Assembly (NCBI GenBank): GCA_965242525.1
Contig: OZ251459.1
Span: 3,232,001-3,296,000 of the forward strand
Reading direction: 5' to 3'
Length of the DNA stretch: 64,000 nt
DNA from: an uncultured Candidatus Binatia bacterium
Lineage (GTDB): Bacteria; Desulfobacterota; Binatia; UBA9968; JAJDTQ01
Shown here: piece after piece, positions 16,622 through 27,195 of the stretch
Layout: the number at the start of each line of letters is the position of its first letter
How positions within the stretch are numbered: the first letter of the stretch is position 1
Position numbers and translations under genes: made by a program
Notes under the pieces: model-generated
Told to the model about the DNA's origin: nothing
What the model saw: the letters and a program-made list of their open reading frames with translations, nothing else
Database searches by the model: none

Positions 16622-18317
16622 CGACGTGCTTCTGAAAAGCCGCATGCCCGCCTTCCGGACCAACAAGCAATCGCCTACCTCACAGAAGCTGCGGGGAGGA
16701 TACTATACGCCCCGGGCCTTGGCCGAATACATGTGCCGGTGGGCTGTGCGCAGCCCATCGGAGCGGGTGATCGAACCGAGTTGCGGCGATGGCAGCTTCG
16801 TTTCCGCCGCCGCCCGCCTCCTGGACGGCAAGGGCCTGATAACCGCGGTGGAGATCGTGCCCGGGGAGATCGAGAAAGCCCGGGAATCCGTGGATGGCGC
16901 GCAGGTGCGGATGGACTGGAGATGCGGCAGCTTCTTCGACGCGGCTCCGGCGCTCCTGGAGGGGCGTCCCTACGACGTGGTCGTCGGCAACCCTCCTTTC
17001 ATAAGGTTCCAGTACTTCGACAAGGAGGAGCGCGAGCGGGCGTTTCGACTCGTCAAGTCGTCCGGCTACAAACCCACCGGCCTTGCCAACGCATGGACCG
17101 CGTTCGTCCAATTGTCCGCTGAATTGCTGCGCGAAGGCGGGCGCTTGGCAATGGTCGTTCCCGCCGAGTTGTTGCAGGTCAAGTACGCGGCTGAACTTCG
17201 TTGCCGTCTGCCGATGTTGTTCGAGGACGTCCATATCGTTGCTTTCGACGAATTGGTCTTTCCGCAGATACAACAGGAAGTGGTGCTGTTGCTGGGCGAG
17301 GGCCGGCGCCGCTATTCGGGAATCTGCGGCCGGCTGCACACCAAGCAGGTGGCCAACGGCGAGGCCCTCCTGGCCGAATCCACCATGTCCGAGGCCGTGT
17401 CCCACCTGCCGGAGCGGCACACGCACGGCGACATGAAATGGACGTCGCTTTTCCTGGAGGAGGAGGAGTTCCAGGTACTCAAGGAATGTGACGGCAACGG
17501 TTCCCTCGACCGGTTGGGGCGTCTGGCGGAAGTGGACGTCGGCATCGTAACCGGCCGCAACAGTTTCTTCGTCGTCAGCGAGGACCACGCGCGGAACCTG
17601 GGCGTTCGTGACTACGCGCTGGACGTGATCGGCCGGACCTCCGCGTTGCGGTCGGTTCGTTTTACCCGGCAGGATATGTTGTCCTACGCGAAATCGAACC
17701 GGTCCAAATTGCTCAACCTGAGCGGACTGGACCGCCGCCTGTTTCCCCGGGCGCTCGAAGAGTATATCCGACTGGGTGAGGCCCAGGGCGTGAGTTGGGG
17801 TTACAAGTGCCGCATTCGCAACCGGTGGTTCGACGTTCCGTCGGTTTCGGCGCCCGACGCCTTCCTGTTCCGGCAGATTCACCGGGCTCCCCTGCTGGTC
17901 GCGAACCATGCGGGGGCGACGGCGACGGATACGATCCATCGCGTAAGGGTGCACCGCAACGTGGACTGTGCGGCTTTGTGCGGTTCGATGGTGAACTCCC
18001 TTACTTTTGCATTGTCGGAGGTTTGTGGACGCAGCTATGGGGGTGGGGTTCTCGAGCTGGAGCCGCGCGAAGCGGAGAGCCTTCTGCTGCCGTACGATTT
18101 TGCCGACGGCCTGGACCTGGAGTACGTCGATGACCGTTTACGGGCTGGAGACCTGGAAGCGGCCCTGGACCACGGCGACGACGTCCTGCTGCGGCAGGGC
18201 TGCGGATTGTCGAAGGCTGACGTGGCGCGGGCGCGGGGGGCGTGGAACCGGCTGCGTCAGCGCCGGCAGAGGCGGAGACATGGCGCCCGACACAGGCAGC
18301 CCCGTGCGGATGGCTGA
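16572..18317 (+). CDS. N6-adenine DNA methyltransferase (gamma class); true start probably 16626-16644
   Basis: GGYYTP, IEPSCGDGSF, VVGNPPFIR, GRSYGGGVLELEP. Confidence 0.9.
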   Translation: MPRMSIDTNISRRTRRDDVLLKSRMPAFRTNKQSPTSQKLRGGYYTPRALAEYMCRWAVRSPSERVIEPSCGDGSFVSAAARLLDGKGLITAVEIVPGEIEKARESVDGAQVRMDWRCGSFFDAAPALLEGRPYDVVVGNPPFIRFQYFDKEERERAFRLVKSSGYKPTGLANAWTAFVQLSAELLREGGRLAMVVPAELLQVKYAAELRCRLPMLFEDVHIVAFDELVFPQIQQEVVLLLGEGRRRYSGICGRLHTKQVANGEALLAESTMSEAVSHLPERHTHGDMKWTSLFLEEEEFQVLKECDGNGSLDRLGRLAEVDVGIVTGRNSFFVVSEDHARNLGVRDYALDVIGRTSALRSVRFTRQDMLSYAKSNRSKLLNLSGLDRRLFPRALEEYIRLGEAQGVSWGYKCRIRNRWFDVPSVSAPDAFLFRQIHRAPLLVANHAGATATDTIHRVRVHRNVDCAALCGSMVNSLTFALSEVCGRSYGGGVLELEPREAESLLLPYDFADGLDLEYVDDRLRAGDLEAALDHGDDVLLRQGCGLSKADVARARGAWNRLRQRRQRRRHGARHRQPRADG

Positions 18318-18338
18318 CGACCGGAAGGGACGAACCCC

Positions 18339-19079
18339 ATGAGTGAACCGGACCATCAGTACGACGCCATTGCGGAGGCCTACAGGGACTCCAAGCAACT
18401 GTCGTTTCGGAAGTACGTCGAAGAGTACACGCTCTTCGAGATGCTGGGGGACGTCCGCGGGGCGGCGGTCCTGGACCTGGCTTGCGGCGAGGGGTTCTAT
18501 ACCCGCAAGATCCGGCAGGCGGGGGCGCGGGACGTCACCGGCGTGGACATTTCCGCGGCCATGATCGAGTTGGCCTTGCAGGAGGAACGCGCCCGTCCGT
18601 TGGGGTGCAGGTACCTGCAAATGGACGCGGCCCGGGTCGAGCTGTCCCAAGAGGTCGATGTGGTGGTGGCCATGTACCTCCTGAACTACGCCAGGACGGG
18701 GGACGATCTCCTCGGGTTCGTCCGCGCGGCCTACCGGAGCCTGCGGCCGGGGGGACGGTTCCTCGGGTTCAACGACAACGTCCGGAACGTTCCCAAAGGC
18801 GTCCAGGACTTTTCCCGGTACGGGTTCCGCAAGGAGTGCTCGGACGTCCCCGAAGAGGGTGACGCCATCGTGTACCGGATAACCAACGACGACGGGACCC
18901 GGTTCGAGTTCGAGAACTACTTCCTCCGTCCGGAGACCTATGGATGGGCCTTCCGGGAAGCCGGGTTCTCCGATTTCCGGTGGGTCGGCCCCCACCTGAA
19001 TCCGTCCCGGCGCAACGACCCCTTCTGGGACGACTTCATGGCCCGTCCCCCATTGATCGGGTTCAGCGCCTCGAAGTGA
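18339..19079 (+). CDS. Class I SAM-dependent small-molecule methyltransferase
   Basis: VLDLACGEG, GVDISAAMI, SLRPGGRF. Confidence 0.9.
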   Translation: MSEPDHQYDAIAEAYRDSKQLSFRKYVEEYTLFEMLGDVRGAAVLDLACGEGFYTRKIRQAGARDVTGVDISAAMIELALQEERARPLGCRYLQMDAARVELSQEVDVVVAMYLLNYARTGDDLLGFVRAAYRSLRPGGRFLGFNDNVRNVPKGVQDFSRYGFRKECSDVPEEGDAIVYRITNDDGTRFEFENYFLRPETYGWAFREAGFSDFRWVGPHLNPSRRNDPFWDDFMARPPLIGFSASK

Positions 19080-19101
19080 CGAGCGTCTTCGGTCTGCCCG
19101 T

Positions 19102-20232
19102 ATGCGAAACGACTTCCACCCCTGCACTTTCGCCCCTCCCCTGGTGTGGGCGCGCCTCATCCTCCGGAACCGGGGGGTGGCCAGGCCGTACTGGGGCAAG
19201 CTCGCGCGGGTCCTGGCCGTCACCGCCCTGGCCGCGCCCTTGCGCCTCGCCGAAGGGCTGCTCTATTCCCGGCAGCTCGCCAGGACCTCCATCGATCCGT
19301 CCCCGTTGTTCATCCTGGGTTTCGGACGTTCCGGCACCACCCACTTGCAGAACCTGATGACGCAGGACCCCGGTTACGGATACCTGGACGCCTTCCAGAT
19401 GGTGCTGCCGACCTTTTCCCTGGTCGGCCGGGGATGGTTGAGGCGGCTGATGGAAAAGGGCATGGGGGAGCAGACCCGCCCGATGGACGAAGTCAAGATC
19501 TCCATGGATGCGCCCCAGGAGGAAGAGGTGGCCCTCGCCAACTCGAGCCACCGGTCCTTCGTCCACCAACTCTCCTTTCCGCAGCAGGGCCGGCGGTTGT
19601 TCGACAAGTACGTGCTGATGGGGGCGGATCCGGACGGCGAGCCCCTGACCGAGAAGGAGCTGCGCCGGTGGGAGCGGGAGTGGCTCCGGGTCCTGCGCAA
19701 GATGACGCTCCACGCCGGCGGCCGACCCCTCCTGCTGAGAAGCACGACCCACATCGGCCGGGTCGATCATCTCTTGCGCCTGTTCCCCCAAGCGAAGTTC
19801 ATCCACATCGTCCGCAACCCGTACCACGTCTTCCCGTCGCTCCTGCACCTGTACCGCACGATGCTTCCCCTGTACCAGTTGGACCACTACGACTGGACGG
19901 AAGTGGAGGAGTTCCTCACCGCCGAGGCGTATCCGCGCGTGATGCGCAAGTACTTGGCGGACCGGGACCGGATTCCGGACGGCCACCTTGCGGAAGTGCG
20001 TTACGAGGACCTCGAACGGGACCCCCTGGGCGAGTTGGAGCGGCTCTACGCCGCCCTGGGCCTGCCCGGCTGGGAGGAGGCCCGGCCGCGCGTGGACGCC
20101 TACATACGGACCTTGGCCGGGTATCGCAAGAACGAATTCCGCATCGACCGTGCGGTCATCGACCGGGTGAACGACCAATGGGGGTTCGCGGTGGACGCCT
20201 GGAACTACCGGCTGCCGGAGGACGGAGCCTGA
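19102..20232 (+). CDS. Sulfotransferase (Stf3-like)
   Basis: PAPS-binding GFGRSGTT, RPMD...PQEEE, FPQAKFIHIVRNPY, VRYEDL. Confidence 0.9.
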   Translation: MRNDFHPCTFAPPLVWARLILRNRGVARPYWGKLARVLAVTALAAPLRLAEGLLYSRQLARTSIDPSPLFILGFGRSGTTHLQNLMTQDPGYGYLDAFQMVLPTFSLVGRGWLRRLMEKGMGEQTRPMDEVKISMDAPQEEEVALANSSHRSFVHQLSFPQQGRRLFDKYVLMGADPDGEPLTEKELRRWEREWLRVLRKMTLHAGGRPLLLRSTTHIGRVDHLLRLFPQAKFIHIVRNPYHVFPSLLHLYRTMLPLYQLDHYDWTEVEEFLTAEAYPRVMRKYLADRDRIPDGHLAEVRYEDLERDPLGELERLYAALGLPGWEEARPRVDAYIRTLAGYRKNEFRIDRAVIDRVNDQWGFAVDAWNYRLPEDGA

Positions 20233-20234
20233 AC

Positions 20235-22220
20235 ATGGCGCTGCGGTTTGCCGAAGAGCTGCTCCTCCTGCTCCTGAACGAGGAAACGGGTGACTTGGCC
20301 GCGGTGCCCGAGACGCTCCTGGACCACACCCTGGCGGGCGCGGTGCTCATGGACTTGGCGCTGGAGAACCGTATCGACACGGACCCCGAAAAACTGGTCC
20401 TGCTCGACCCGACCCCGCTCCGGGACGACCTGCTGGACCCGCCGCTGGCGCGGATCGCGCAGGACGGGGGCACGCACGACGCCGAGCACTGGGTGCGCCG
20501 TATCGCAGGGGAAGGCGAACGGATCCGCGCCGCGGCGCTGTCCCGTCTGCTGCAAGCCGGCATCCTGGACTCCGCGGAGGAGGGCTCCATGTCCCTGTCC
20601 CACGGGGTGTCCCGGGCGCGCCGGTATCCCGCGGTGGACGGCAAGGCCCAGCGGGAGGTCCGGCTGCGGATCATGGGCGTGCTGTTCCGGGACGACATCC
20701 CCGAACCGCGCGACATCGTGCTCATCTGCCTGGCCGACGCCTGCGGCATGTTCGAGAAGATCCTGACCCGGGCCGAGCTGGAACAGGTGGGCGACCGTAT
20801 CGCCCTGGTCCGGCGCATGGACCTGATCGGGCAGGCGGTGGCCAGCGCCGTCCGCGATTCCGGGCAGGAGGCGGCGCCCGAGCAGAAACGGGTTCGCTTC
20901 AGGGAGATCCCCGTGGTCAAGGGGCTGCCCATCCTGGGGAGCGCCCGGGAGGCCGCTACGGACTTCGCCGCTTTCCTGACGTCCCGGTACCTGGAATTGG
21001 GGCCGGTGTTCCAGATCCGCCTCCTCCATCGGAAGCTGCTGGTGCTCGCCGGCCCGGAAGCCAACCGGTGGGTCAACCGGAAGGGTCGCTACCATCTCAG
21101 GTCGTACGAATCCTTCCGGGGGTTCGCCGAGGGGCTCGACGCGGTGTGGGCGATGCTCAACATGGACGGCAGGGAGCATGTCCGCTACCGCCAGGCTTTT
21201 GCCCCCGCGCTCTCCCGGGCGCGGTTCCAGGACCACCTGGGCCTCGCCGCGGACATTACCCGGCGCCACGTGGCGGCATGGCCGGTGGATCGACCGCTCC
21301 AACCGCTGCACGCGGTCCAGCGTGTCGTCGCCGACCAGATGGGCGTCATCCTGGCGGGCGCGTCCGCGGCCGACTACCTGGAGGACATGGTCTTCTTCCT
21401 GGAGACGCTCCTGACCACCGCGGTTGCGAAGCAGCTTCCCGCGTTCCTGTTCGCCCGCAGGTTCCGAAAGGCGCGCGCACGGCTGGAAGAGCTGGCCCGC
21501 AAGACGCTGGATGCCCATGGGCCCGGCGGGCCGCACCACCAATCCGGCGACTTGATCGACGACCTGATCGAGCTCCACCGCTCCGACCCGCAGCTCATGC
21601 CCGAGACCGACTTGACGGCCATGACGCTGGCGCCCTACCTGCTGGGGATCGAGACGGTGGCCAACACCATCGCGTTCACGCTTTACCCTATCCTGAAGCA
21701 CCCGGACCTGATGGAACGGATGACGGCCGAGGCCGACGCGCTCTTTGCCGAGGGCCCCCTGACGGTGGAAGGCCTGGGCCGGCTCGACGTGACCCACCGG
21801 GTGGTGCTGGAATCGTTGCGCCGTTACACCGTGACCCCGGTGGTCTTCCGCACCGTGGCCAACGGCTTCGAGTTTGCCGGCTGCCGCATCCCTGCCGGCG
21901 CGCCGGTCATCGTCGCCACCACGGTCACCCACCACCTGCCGGAGTTCTTCCCCGAGCCGGAACGCTTCGACATCGACCGCTACCTGCCCGGGCGCGCGGA
22001 GCACAGGCAGACGGACGCCTACGTGCCCTTCGGCGTCGGCACGCACCGGTGCCTGGGCGCCGGTTTCGCCGAGGCGGAGGTCCTGCTGACGCTGGCGGCC
22101 ATGCTGCACGGGGCCGAGCTCGCGCTGGACCCCCCCGGATACGAGTTGAAGATGACCACCGCTCCGACGCCGCGTCCGTCGAAGAGGTTCAAGTTCCGGG
22201 TCGTGCGGCGGCGCGGATGA
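20235..22220 (+). CDS. GPP34 (GOLPH3-like) domain fused to cytochrome P450 (661 aa)
   Basis: ATG at 20235. N-terminal FAEELLLLLL...LAGAVLMDLALENRI...DDLLD (GPP34). C-terminal LGIETV I-helix, ESLR, FDIDR and FGVGTHRCLG heme motif. Confidence 0.88.
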   Translation: MALRFAEELLLLLLNEETGDLAAVPETLLDHTLAGAVLMDLALENRIDTDPEKLVLLDPTPLRDDLLDPPLARIAQDGGTHDAEHWVRRIAGEGERIRAAALSRLLQAGILDSAEEGSMSLSHGVSRARRYPAVDGKAQREVRLRIMGVLFRDDIPEPRDIVLICLADACGMFEKILTRAELEQVGDRIALVRRMDLIGQAVASAVRDSGQEAAPEQKRVRFREIPVVKGLPILGSAREAATDFAAFLTSRYLELGPVFQIRLLHRKLLVLAGPEANRWVNRKGRYHLRSYESFRGFAEGLDAVWAMLNMDGREHVRYRQAFAPALSRARFQDHLGLAADITRRHVAAWPVDRPLQPLHAVQRVVADQMGVILAGASAADYLEDMVFFLETLLTTAVAKQLPAFLFARRFRKARARLEELARKTLDAHGPGGPHHQSGDLIDDLIELHRSDPQLMPETDLTAMTLAPYLLGIETVANTIAFTLYPILKHPDLMERMTAEADALFAEGPLTVEGLGRLDVTHRVVLESLRRYTVTPVVFRTVANGFEFAGCRIPAGAPVIVATTVTHHLPEFFPEPERFDIDRYLPGRAEHRQTDAYVPFGVGTHRCLGAGFAEAEVLLTLAAMLHGAELALDPPGYELKMTTAPTPRPSKRFKFRVVRRRG

Positions 22221-22264
22221 CTGGCCTTCACGCCGAAAGCGGCCGCCGCAGGCCACGACAGAGT

Positions 22265-22370
22265 GGATTCCCGCTTTCGCGGGAATGACGGAGGTGGGGC
22301 GTTCGCGGTAATACGGGGCGGCGTCTGCGGGAATGACGGGTGTGTGGCTTTCGCAGGAATCACGGAGGTG
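22265..22370. repeat. Family-B (ATTCCC-N8-GGGAAT type) repeat cluster
   Basis: ggattcccgctttcgcgggaatgacg followed by degenerate gcgggaatgacg units. Confidence 0.8.
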
Positions 22371-22446
22371 GGCCATCGTGAAAATGGCGGGTGTGGGCGT
22401 CTGCGGAAATTCCATTCTCGTGTCAAGGACACTCTGAACGACCATC

Positions 22447-22486
22447 CCCGTTCGTCCTGAGCGTAGCGAAGCGAAGTCGAAGGGCG
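22447..22486. repeat. Family-A REP-like repeat
   Basis: cccgttcgtcctgagcgtagcgaagcgaagtcgaagggcg, preceded by TIR-like ggacactctgaac. Confidence 0.85.
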
Positions 22487-22518
22487 CGCTTTCCCCCAGG
22501 TAGAAGGAACAAGGCGCC

Positions 22519-25331
22519 GTGAGGCTTTCCTGGAACGAGGTTCGGGCGCGGGCTGCGGACTTCGCCCGTGAGTGGGCGGACGCGGCCTACGAGAAGGGCG
22601 AGACCCACAGCTTCTACAACGACTTCTTCGAGATCTTCGGCGTCAAGCGGCGCACTGTGGCGCGCTACGAAGAGCACGTCCGACGCCTCGACGACACCCG
22701 CGGCTTCATCGACCTGTTCTGGCCGGGGGTGCTCCTGGTGGAGCAGAAGAGCGCCGGCCGCGGCCTTGCCGCGGCGCGGGAGCAGGCTGGCGCCTACTTC
22801 GACGCGCTCCCCGAGCGGGACCGTCCCCGCTACCAGCTCCTCTGCGACTTTCGGACGTTCGAGCTCCTCGACCGGGACGAGGGCGAGGAATGCCGTTTCG
22901 CCCTGGCCGACCTGCCCGCGCACGTGGAGAAGTTCGGCTTCATCCTCGGGGTGCAGCGGCGCACGTTCCGGGACCAGGACCCGGTGAACGTCGAAGCGTC
23001 CGAGTTGGTGGCGCGGCTGCACGACGCCCTCAAGGCATCGGGTTACGACGGCCACGACCTGGAACTGTTCCTGGTGCGCACGGTCTTCTGCCTCTTCGCC
23101 GACGACACCGGCATCTTCGAGCCCCGGGACATCTTCCTCGACTTCGTGGAGGAACGGACGGCTGCGGACGGCAGCGACCTCGGCCCCTGGCTGTCCCGTC
23201 TGTTCCAGGTGTTGCACACGCCGGAGGACCGGCGGCAGGCGAAGCTGGACGAGGACCTGGCCCGCTTCCCTTACGTCAACGGCGACCTTTTCGCCGAGCC
23301 GCTCCGCATCCCGGACTTCGACGCCGCCATGCGCCAGGCCCTGCTCGACGCCGGTGGGTTCGACTGGTCCGCCATCTCTCCGGCCATCTTCGGGGCGCTG
23401 TTCCAGTCGGTGATGGAGCCAGTGGAGCGCCGTGCGGCAGGGGCGCACTACACCACGGAGAAGAACATCCTGAAGGTGATCGAGCCGTTGTTCCTGGACG
23501 ACCTGCGGGCGGAGTTCGCGCAACTCAAGGCAAGACGCGACAGCCGCCGGGTTCCCGACCTCCACGCCTTCCAGCGGAAGCTCGGCGCGCTGCGGTTCTT
23601 CGACCCCGCGTGCGGCTGCGGCAACTTCCTCATCATCGCCTACCGGGAGTTGCGCGCCCTGGAGATCGAAGTGCTGCGGGAACTGAATCCGGGGCAGCGC
23701 CAGTTCGAGATGCTGGCGGACGTGCTGTCGGTGGTGAATGTCGATCAGTTCCACGGCATCGAGATCGGGGAGTTCCCTGCCCGCATCGCTTCCACTGCGC
23801 TGTGGATGATGGACCACATCATGAACAACCGGTTGAGCCTGGAGTTCGGACGGACCTATGCGCGGATACCCATCGAGAAGTCGCCGAACATCCGCAACGC
23901 GGACGCGTTGGAGACGGACTGGGCGGGGTGCTGCCGCCGGAGGAGTGTTCGTACGTGTTCGGCAACCCGCCCTTTGGCGGGTCCAAGTACCAATCGCCGA
24001 AGCAACGGGCGCAGGTGCGGCGCATCGCGGCTCTGGGCGGCAGCGGGGGCACCCTCGACTACGTGGCGGCGTGGTTCATCCGCGCCGGCGAGTACGTCCG
24101 GCGCGTGGAGCCGGGAAGGCCCTCTCCCCGCATCGGCTTCGTGGCCACCAACTCGATCACGCAGGGCGAACAGGCGGCGCAGCTCTGGCCGATCCTGTTC
24201 GATCGCCATGGCCTGGAGGTCGCCTTCGCCCACCGCACCTTCGCCTGGGGTTCGGACGCCCGGGGCATGGCGCACGTCCACGTGACGATCATCGGCCTGG
24301 ACGCCGCGGAACGCGGGTCAACCCAAAAGCGCCTCTTTTCCTACGAGGACGTGAAGGGCGAACCGCTCGAAAGCCGCCACGCGGTGGTCACGCCGTACCT
24401 GTTCGACGGCGGCGGACTGGCGAACCCGCACTTGGTGGTGCGGGAGGAAGGACGGCCGGTCAACAGGCTGCCGCGGCTCGTCATCGGATCGAAACCGATC
24501 GACGGCGGCCACTACATACTGGACGCCAAGGCGCGCGTTGCGCTGCTCGACGCCTGCCCGGCCGCGGAACCGTACGTCCGTCCCTACGTCGGCGCCTATG
24601 AATACATCAACGGCAAGAACCGCTGGATCCTGTGGCTCGGGGATGCGCCGCCGGAATTGCTGCGGCGCGAGCCGGCGCTCCGCGAACGCGTGGCCGCGGT
24701 GCGCGGGTTGCGCCAACGGAGCAAGAGCGCGCCCACCCGCGCCCTGGCGGAGACCCCGACGCTGTACCACGTCAACGTCATCCCCGACGCCCCGTTCCTG
24801 GTCATCCCCAAGGTCAGTTCCGAACGGCGCGAGTACGTTCCCATTGGCTGGTTGCAACCGCCGACCATTCCCAGCGACCTCGTTTTCGTCCTCGAAGGCG
24901 CCACCAAGTCGACGTTCGCCCTCCTGACCTCCGCCATGCACATGGCGTGGCTGCGGCACATCGGCGGACGCCTGGAAAGCCGCTACCGCTATTCCATCGG
25001 ACTCGTCTATAACACCTTCCCGCTCCCGTCCGTTCCGGAAGCGGACCTCGAAGCCCTGACGCCCCACGCGGACGCCGTACTCGCCGCACGCGCCAACCAT
25101 CCCGGCGCCGCACCGGCCGACCTCTACGCCCCGGACCTGACGCCGCCCGACCTTCGCCGCGCCCACCGCCAACTCGACCGCGCGGTCGATCGCCTCTACC
25201 GCAGAGCCGCGTTCGCCTCCGAACGGGAGCGAGTCGAGCACCTCTTCACTCTCTACGAGCGTCTCCAGGCCCCCCTTGTCGCAGAAGCCGCCAAGCGACC
25301 CAAGCGCAAACGCCGCGGCACGGGGCCATGA
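22519..25331 (+). pseudogene. MmeI-like type IIL restriction-modification enzyme split by a 1-nt deletion at about 23925-23928
   Basis: Frame 1 has IDLFWPG, EQKS, GAHYT, DPACGCGNFL up to ETDWAG. It continues in another frame as VLPPEECSYVFGNPPF...GGRLESRYRYS. One extra G in the G4 run would join them. Confidence 0.8.
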
Positions 25332-25426
25332 GGCCCGGCAAACGTTCCCCGATGCCTACGGAACGTCCAGCCCGTTCCGGCTCGATTTCCCTCTCCACAT
25401 GGGAAAGCGCGTCCTTCGGAAAACGG

Positions 25427-25464
25427 GTCCTTCGACTTCGCTTCGCTACGCTCAGGACGAACGG
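25427..25464. repeat. Family-A REP-like repeat
   Basis: gtccttcgacttcgcttcgctacgctcaggacgaacgg. Confidence 0.85.
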
Positions 25465-25542
25465 GGGCGGTCGCTCCGCCTTTCCATCCAGTTCGATGGT
25501 TGTTCCGCCCTTCCAGCTTGGTGGTTGCTCCGTCCTTCTCCA

Positions 25543-25815
25543 GTAAGGTAGAAGGCGAAGGGGGAGCAAAAAGGAGCAGCGGTCATTGCTCCGCAGACGC
25601 CTGCCCCGTCATTCCCGCGAAAGCATGTCCTCGCGGAAGCGGGGGCGGGAATCCATCCACTTTCCTCGCTCTTGTTGTAGAAACCTCTCATACGGGGCGC
25701 TATGGGGTTTGCTCGCAGGGTCTGGATTCCCGCTTTCGCGGGAATGACGAGACGGGGCTTTCGCGGGGATGACGGGATGGGAAGTGTCGCAACCCACACG
25801 AATTCCTGAAGCGCC
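25543..25815. mobile_element. Family-B MITE, inverted and one-ended copy of the 42773-43191 element
   Basis: Shares internal sequence with the 42.8-43.2 kb element and ends in acccacacgaattcctgaagcgcc. Confidence 0.7.
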
Positions 25816-25858
25816 CTTTTCTCTCCGGATAGCGCCCTTCCGGGTTGTCCGGGACCGC

Positions 25859-27103
25859 TCAGAGCACGCGCCACCAGGGGGCGGCGAGCACGTCCGGGGC
25901 CAGCCACTCGACCGCGGCCCCGGTGTGCAGCAACAGGCCCGCCCTGGCGGCGTTGCCGTACTCGGCGCGAAAGGCTCGCAGGTGGGCCGCGTCACGGAGA
26001 CGCGGGCGTCGCGTCGCCTTGACTTCGATGGGCAGCAGCCGGTTCCCGGCCTCGACCACGAAGTCCACCTCCTCGCCCGCCGCGGTGCGCCAGTAGAGGA
26101 CCTCGGCCCGGTCGAGCCGCGAGTCGCGCCAAGCCAGGATGTCGTGCAGCACGAGGTTCTCCAGGAAGGCGCCCGCGGGTTCCGCCTCCTGGGCGAGATG
26201 CAGGGCCACTCCGGTGTCGCCCCAGTACAGCTTGGGAGACTTGATCAGACGCTTGGTGCGGTTGACCGCATAGGCGGGAAGCCGCACGAGCAGGTACGAG
26301 GTTTCGAGCAGGTTGAGGTAGCGGCTCACGGTGGGTTGAGGCAGCGCGGCGTCGCGGCCAAGCTCCGTCTGGTTGACGAGTTGGCCCACGCGGAGACAGG
26401 CCGCCCGCATCAGCCGGCGGAAGTCGGGCAGTGACGAGATGGCGGAGAGGTTCCGCAGGTCGCGCTCCAGGTAGGTGCGCACGTAGCCGTCGAACCAGAC
26501 CGCTCGGTCGTGGTGCGTCCCGAGTTGGAGGGTCGGCGACGGGAAGCCCCCGCGCCGCGCCGTCTCGCGCCAGTCCTCCGGTTCTCCGGGCTGCGCGGCC
26601 ACCAAGTCGAGCCATTCCTCGTCGCGGGTTTCGAGGAGCTCCTCCCAGACGCCTCCTCGCCCCAGGCCGCGCTGCTCCCGTTGCGTCATCGGCCAGAGCG
26701 TCACGTAGCTTGCCCGGCCGGCGAGCGACTCGGAGATGCGGTGCATGAGGAGCAGGTTGGCCGACCCGGTGAGCAGGAATCGCCCCGGCTGGCGCTTCCG
26801 GTCGATGGCGCGCTTCACTGCGTGCAGGAGGTCCGGCACGCGCTGCACTTCGTCGAGGGTCACGGGCTGGACGCCGCCCAGCAGCGCCTCGGGGTCGCGC
26901 CGCGCCGCGTCCGCCACGTCGAGGTCGTCCAGCGAGAGGAACCGCCGACGGCTCCCCGGCGTCAAACGCTGCGCCAGCGTGCTCTTTCCGGTCTGGCGGG
27001 CGCCCGTCAGCACCACCGCGGGCATGACGCGGAGACGGTCTTCGAGGCTCGATGCAGCCAGACGCGGAAGGGCAGGATCATTCATGCGGTGAATGATAAT
27101 CAT
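25859..27103 (-). CDS. AAA_14/DUF4143 family ATP-binding protein (start may be 27085)
   Basis: GARQTGKST, LDEVQRVP, LTGSA, ESLAGR, GGFP, KSPKLYWGDTG, EVDFVV...PIEVK. Confidence 0.9.
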   Translation of the reverse strand: MIIIHRMNDPALPRLAASSLEDRLRVMPAVVLTGARQTGKSTLAQRLTPGSRRRFLSLDDLDVADAARRDPEALLGGVQPVTLDEVQRVPDLLHAVKRAIDRKRQPGRFLLTGSANLLLMHRISESLAGRASYVTLWPMTQREQRGLGRGGVWEELLETRDEEWLDLVAAQPGEPEDWRETARRGGFPSPTLQLGTHHDRAVWFDGYVRTYLERDLRNLSAISSLPDFRRLMRAACLRVGQLVNQTELGRDAALPQPTVSRYLNLLETSYLLVRLPAYAVNRTKRLIKSPKLYWGDTGVALHLAQEAEPAGAFLENLVLHDILAWRDSRLDRAEVLYWRTAAGEEVDFVVEAGNRLLPIEVKATRRPRLRDAAHLRAFRAEYGNAARAGLLLHTGAAVEWLAPDVLAAPWWRVL

Positions 27104-27118
27104 TCACGGCATGAATGA
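27078..27118. promoter_or_regulatory. 41-bp near-perfect palindrome with a Fur-box-like core
   Basis: tcattcatgcggtgaatgat-a-atcattcacggcatgaatga. Confidence 0.6.
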
Positions 27119-27195
27119 CAATGCCAAACGGGAACGCGCCGAATCGAGGTCTGCGACGCGGCGGCTCCCTTGCGGAGTTCGAGGAGGAGAGTCAG

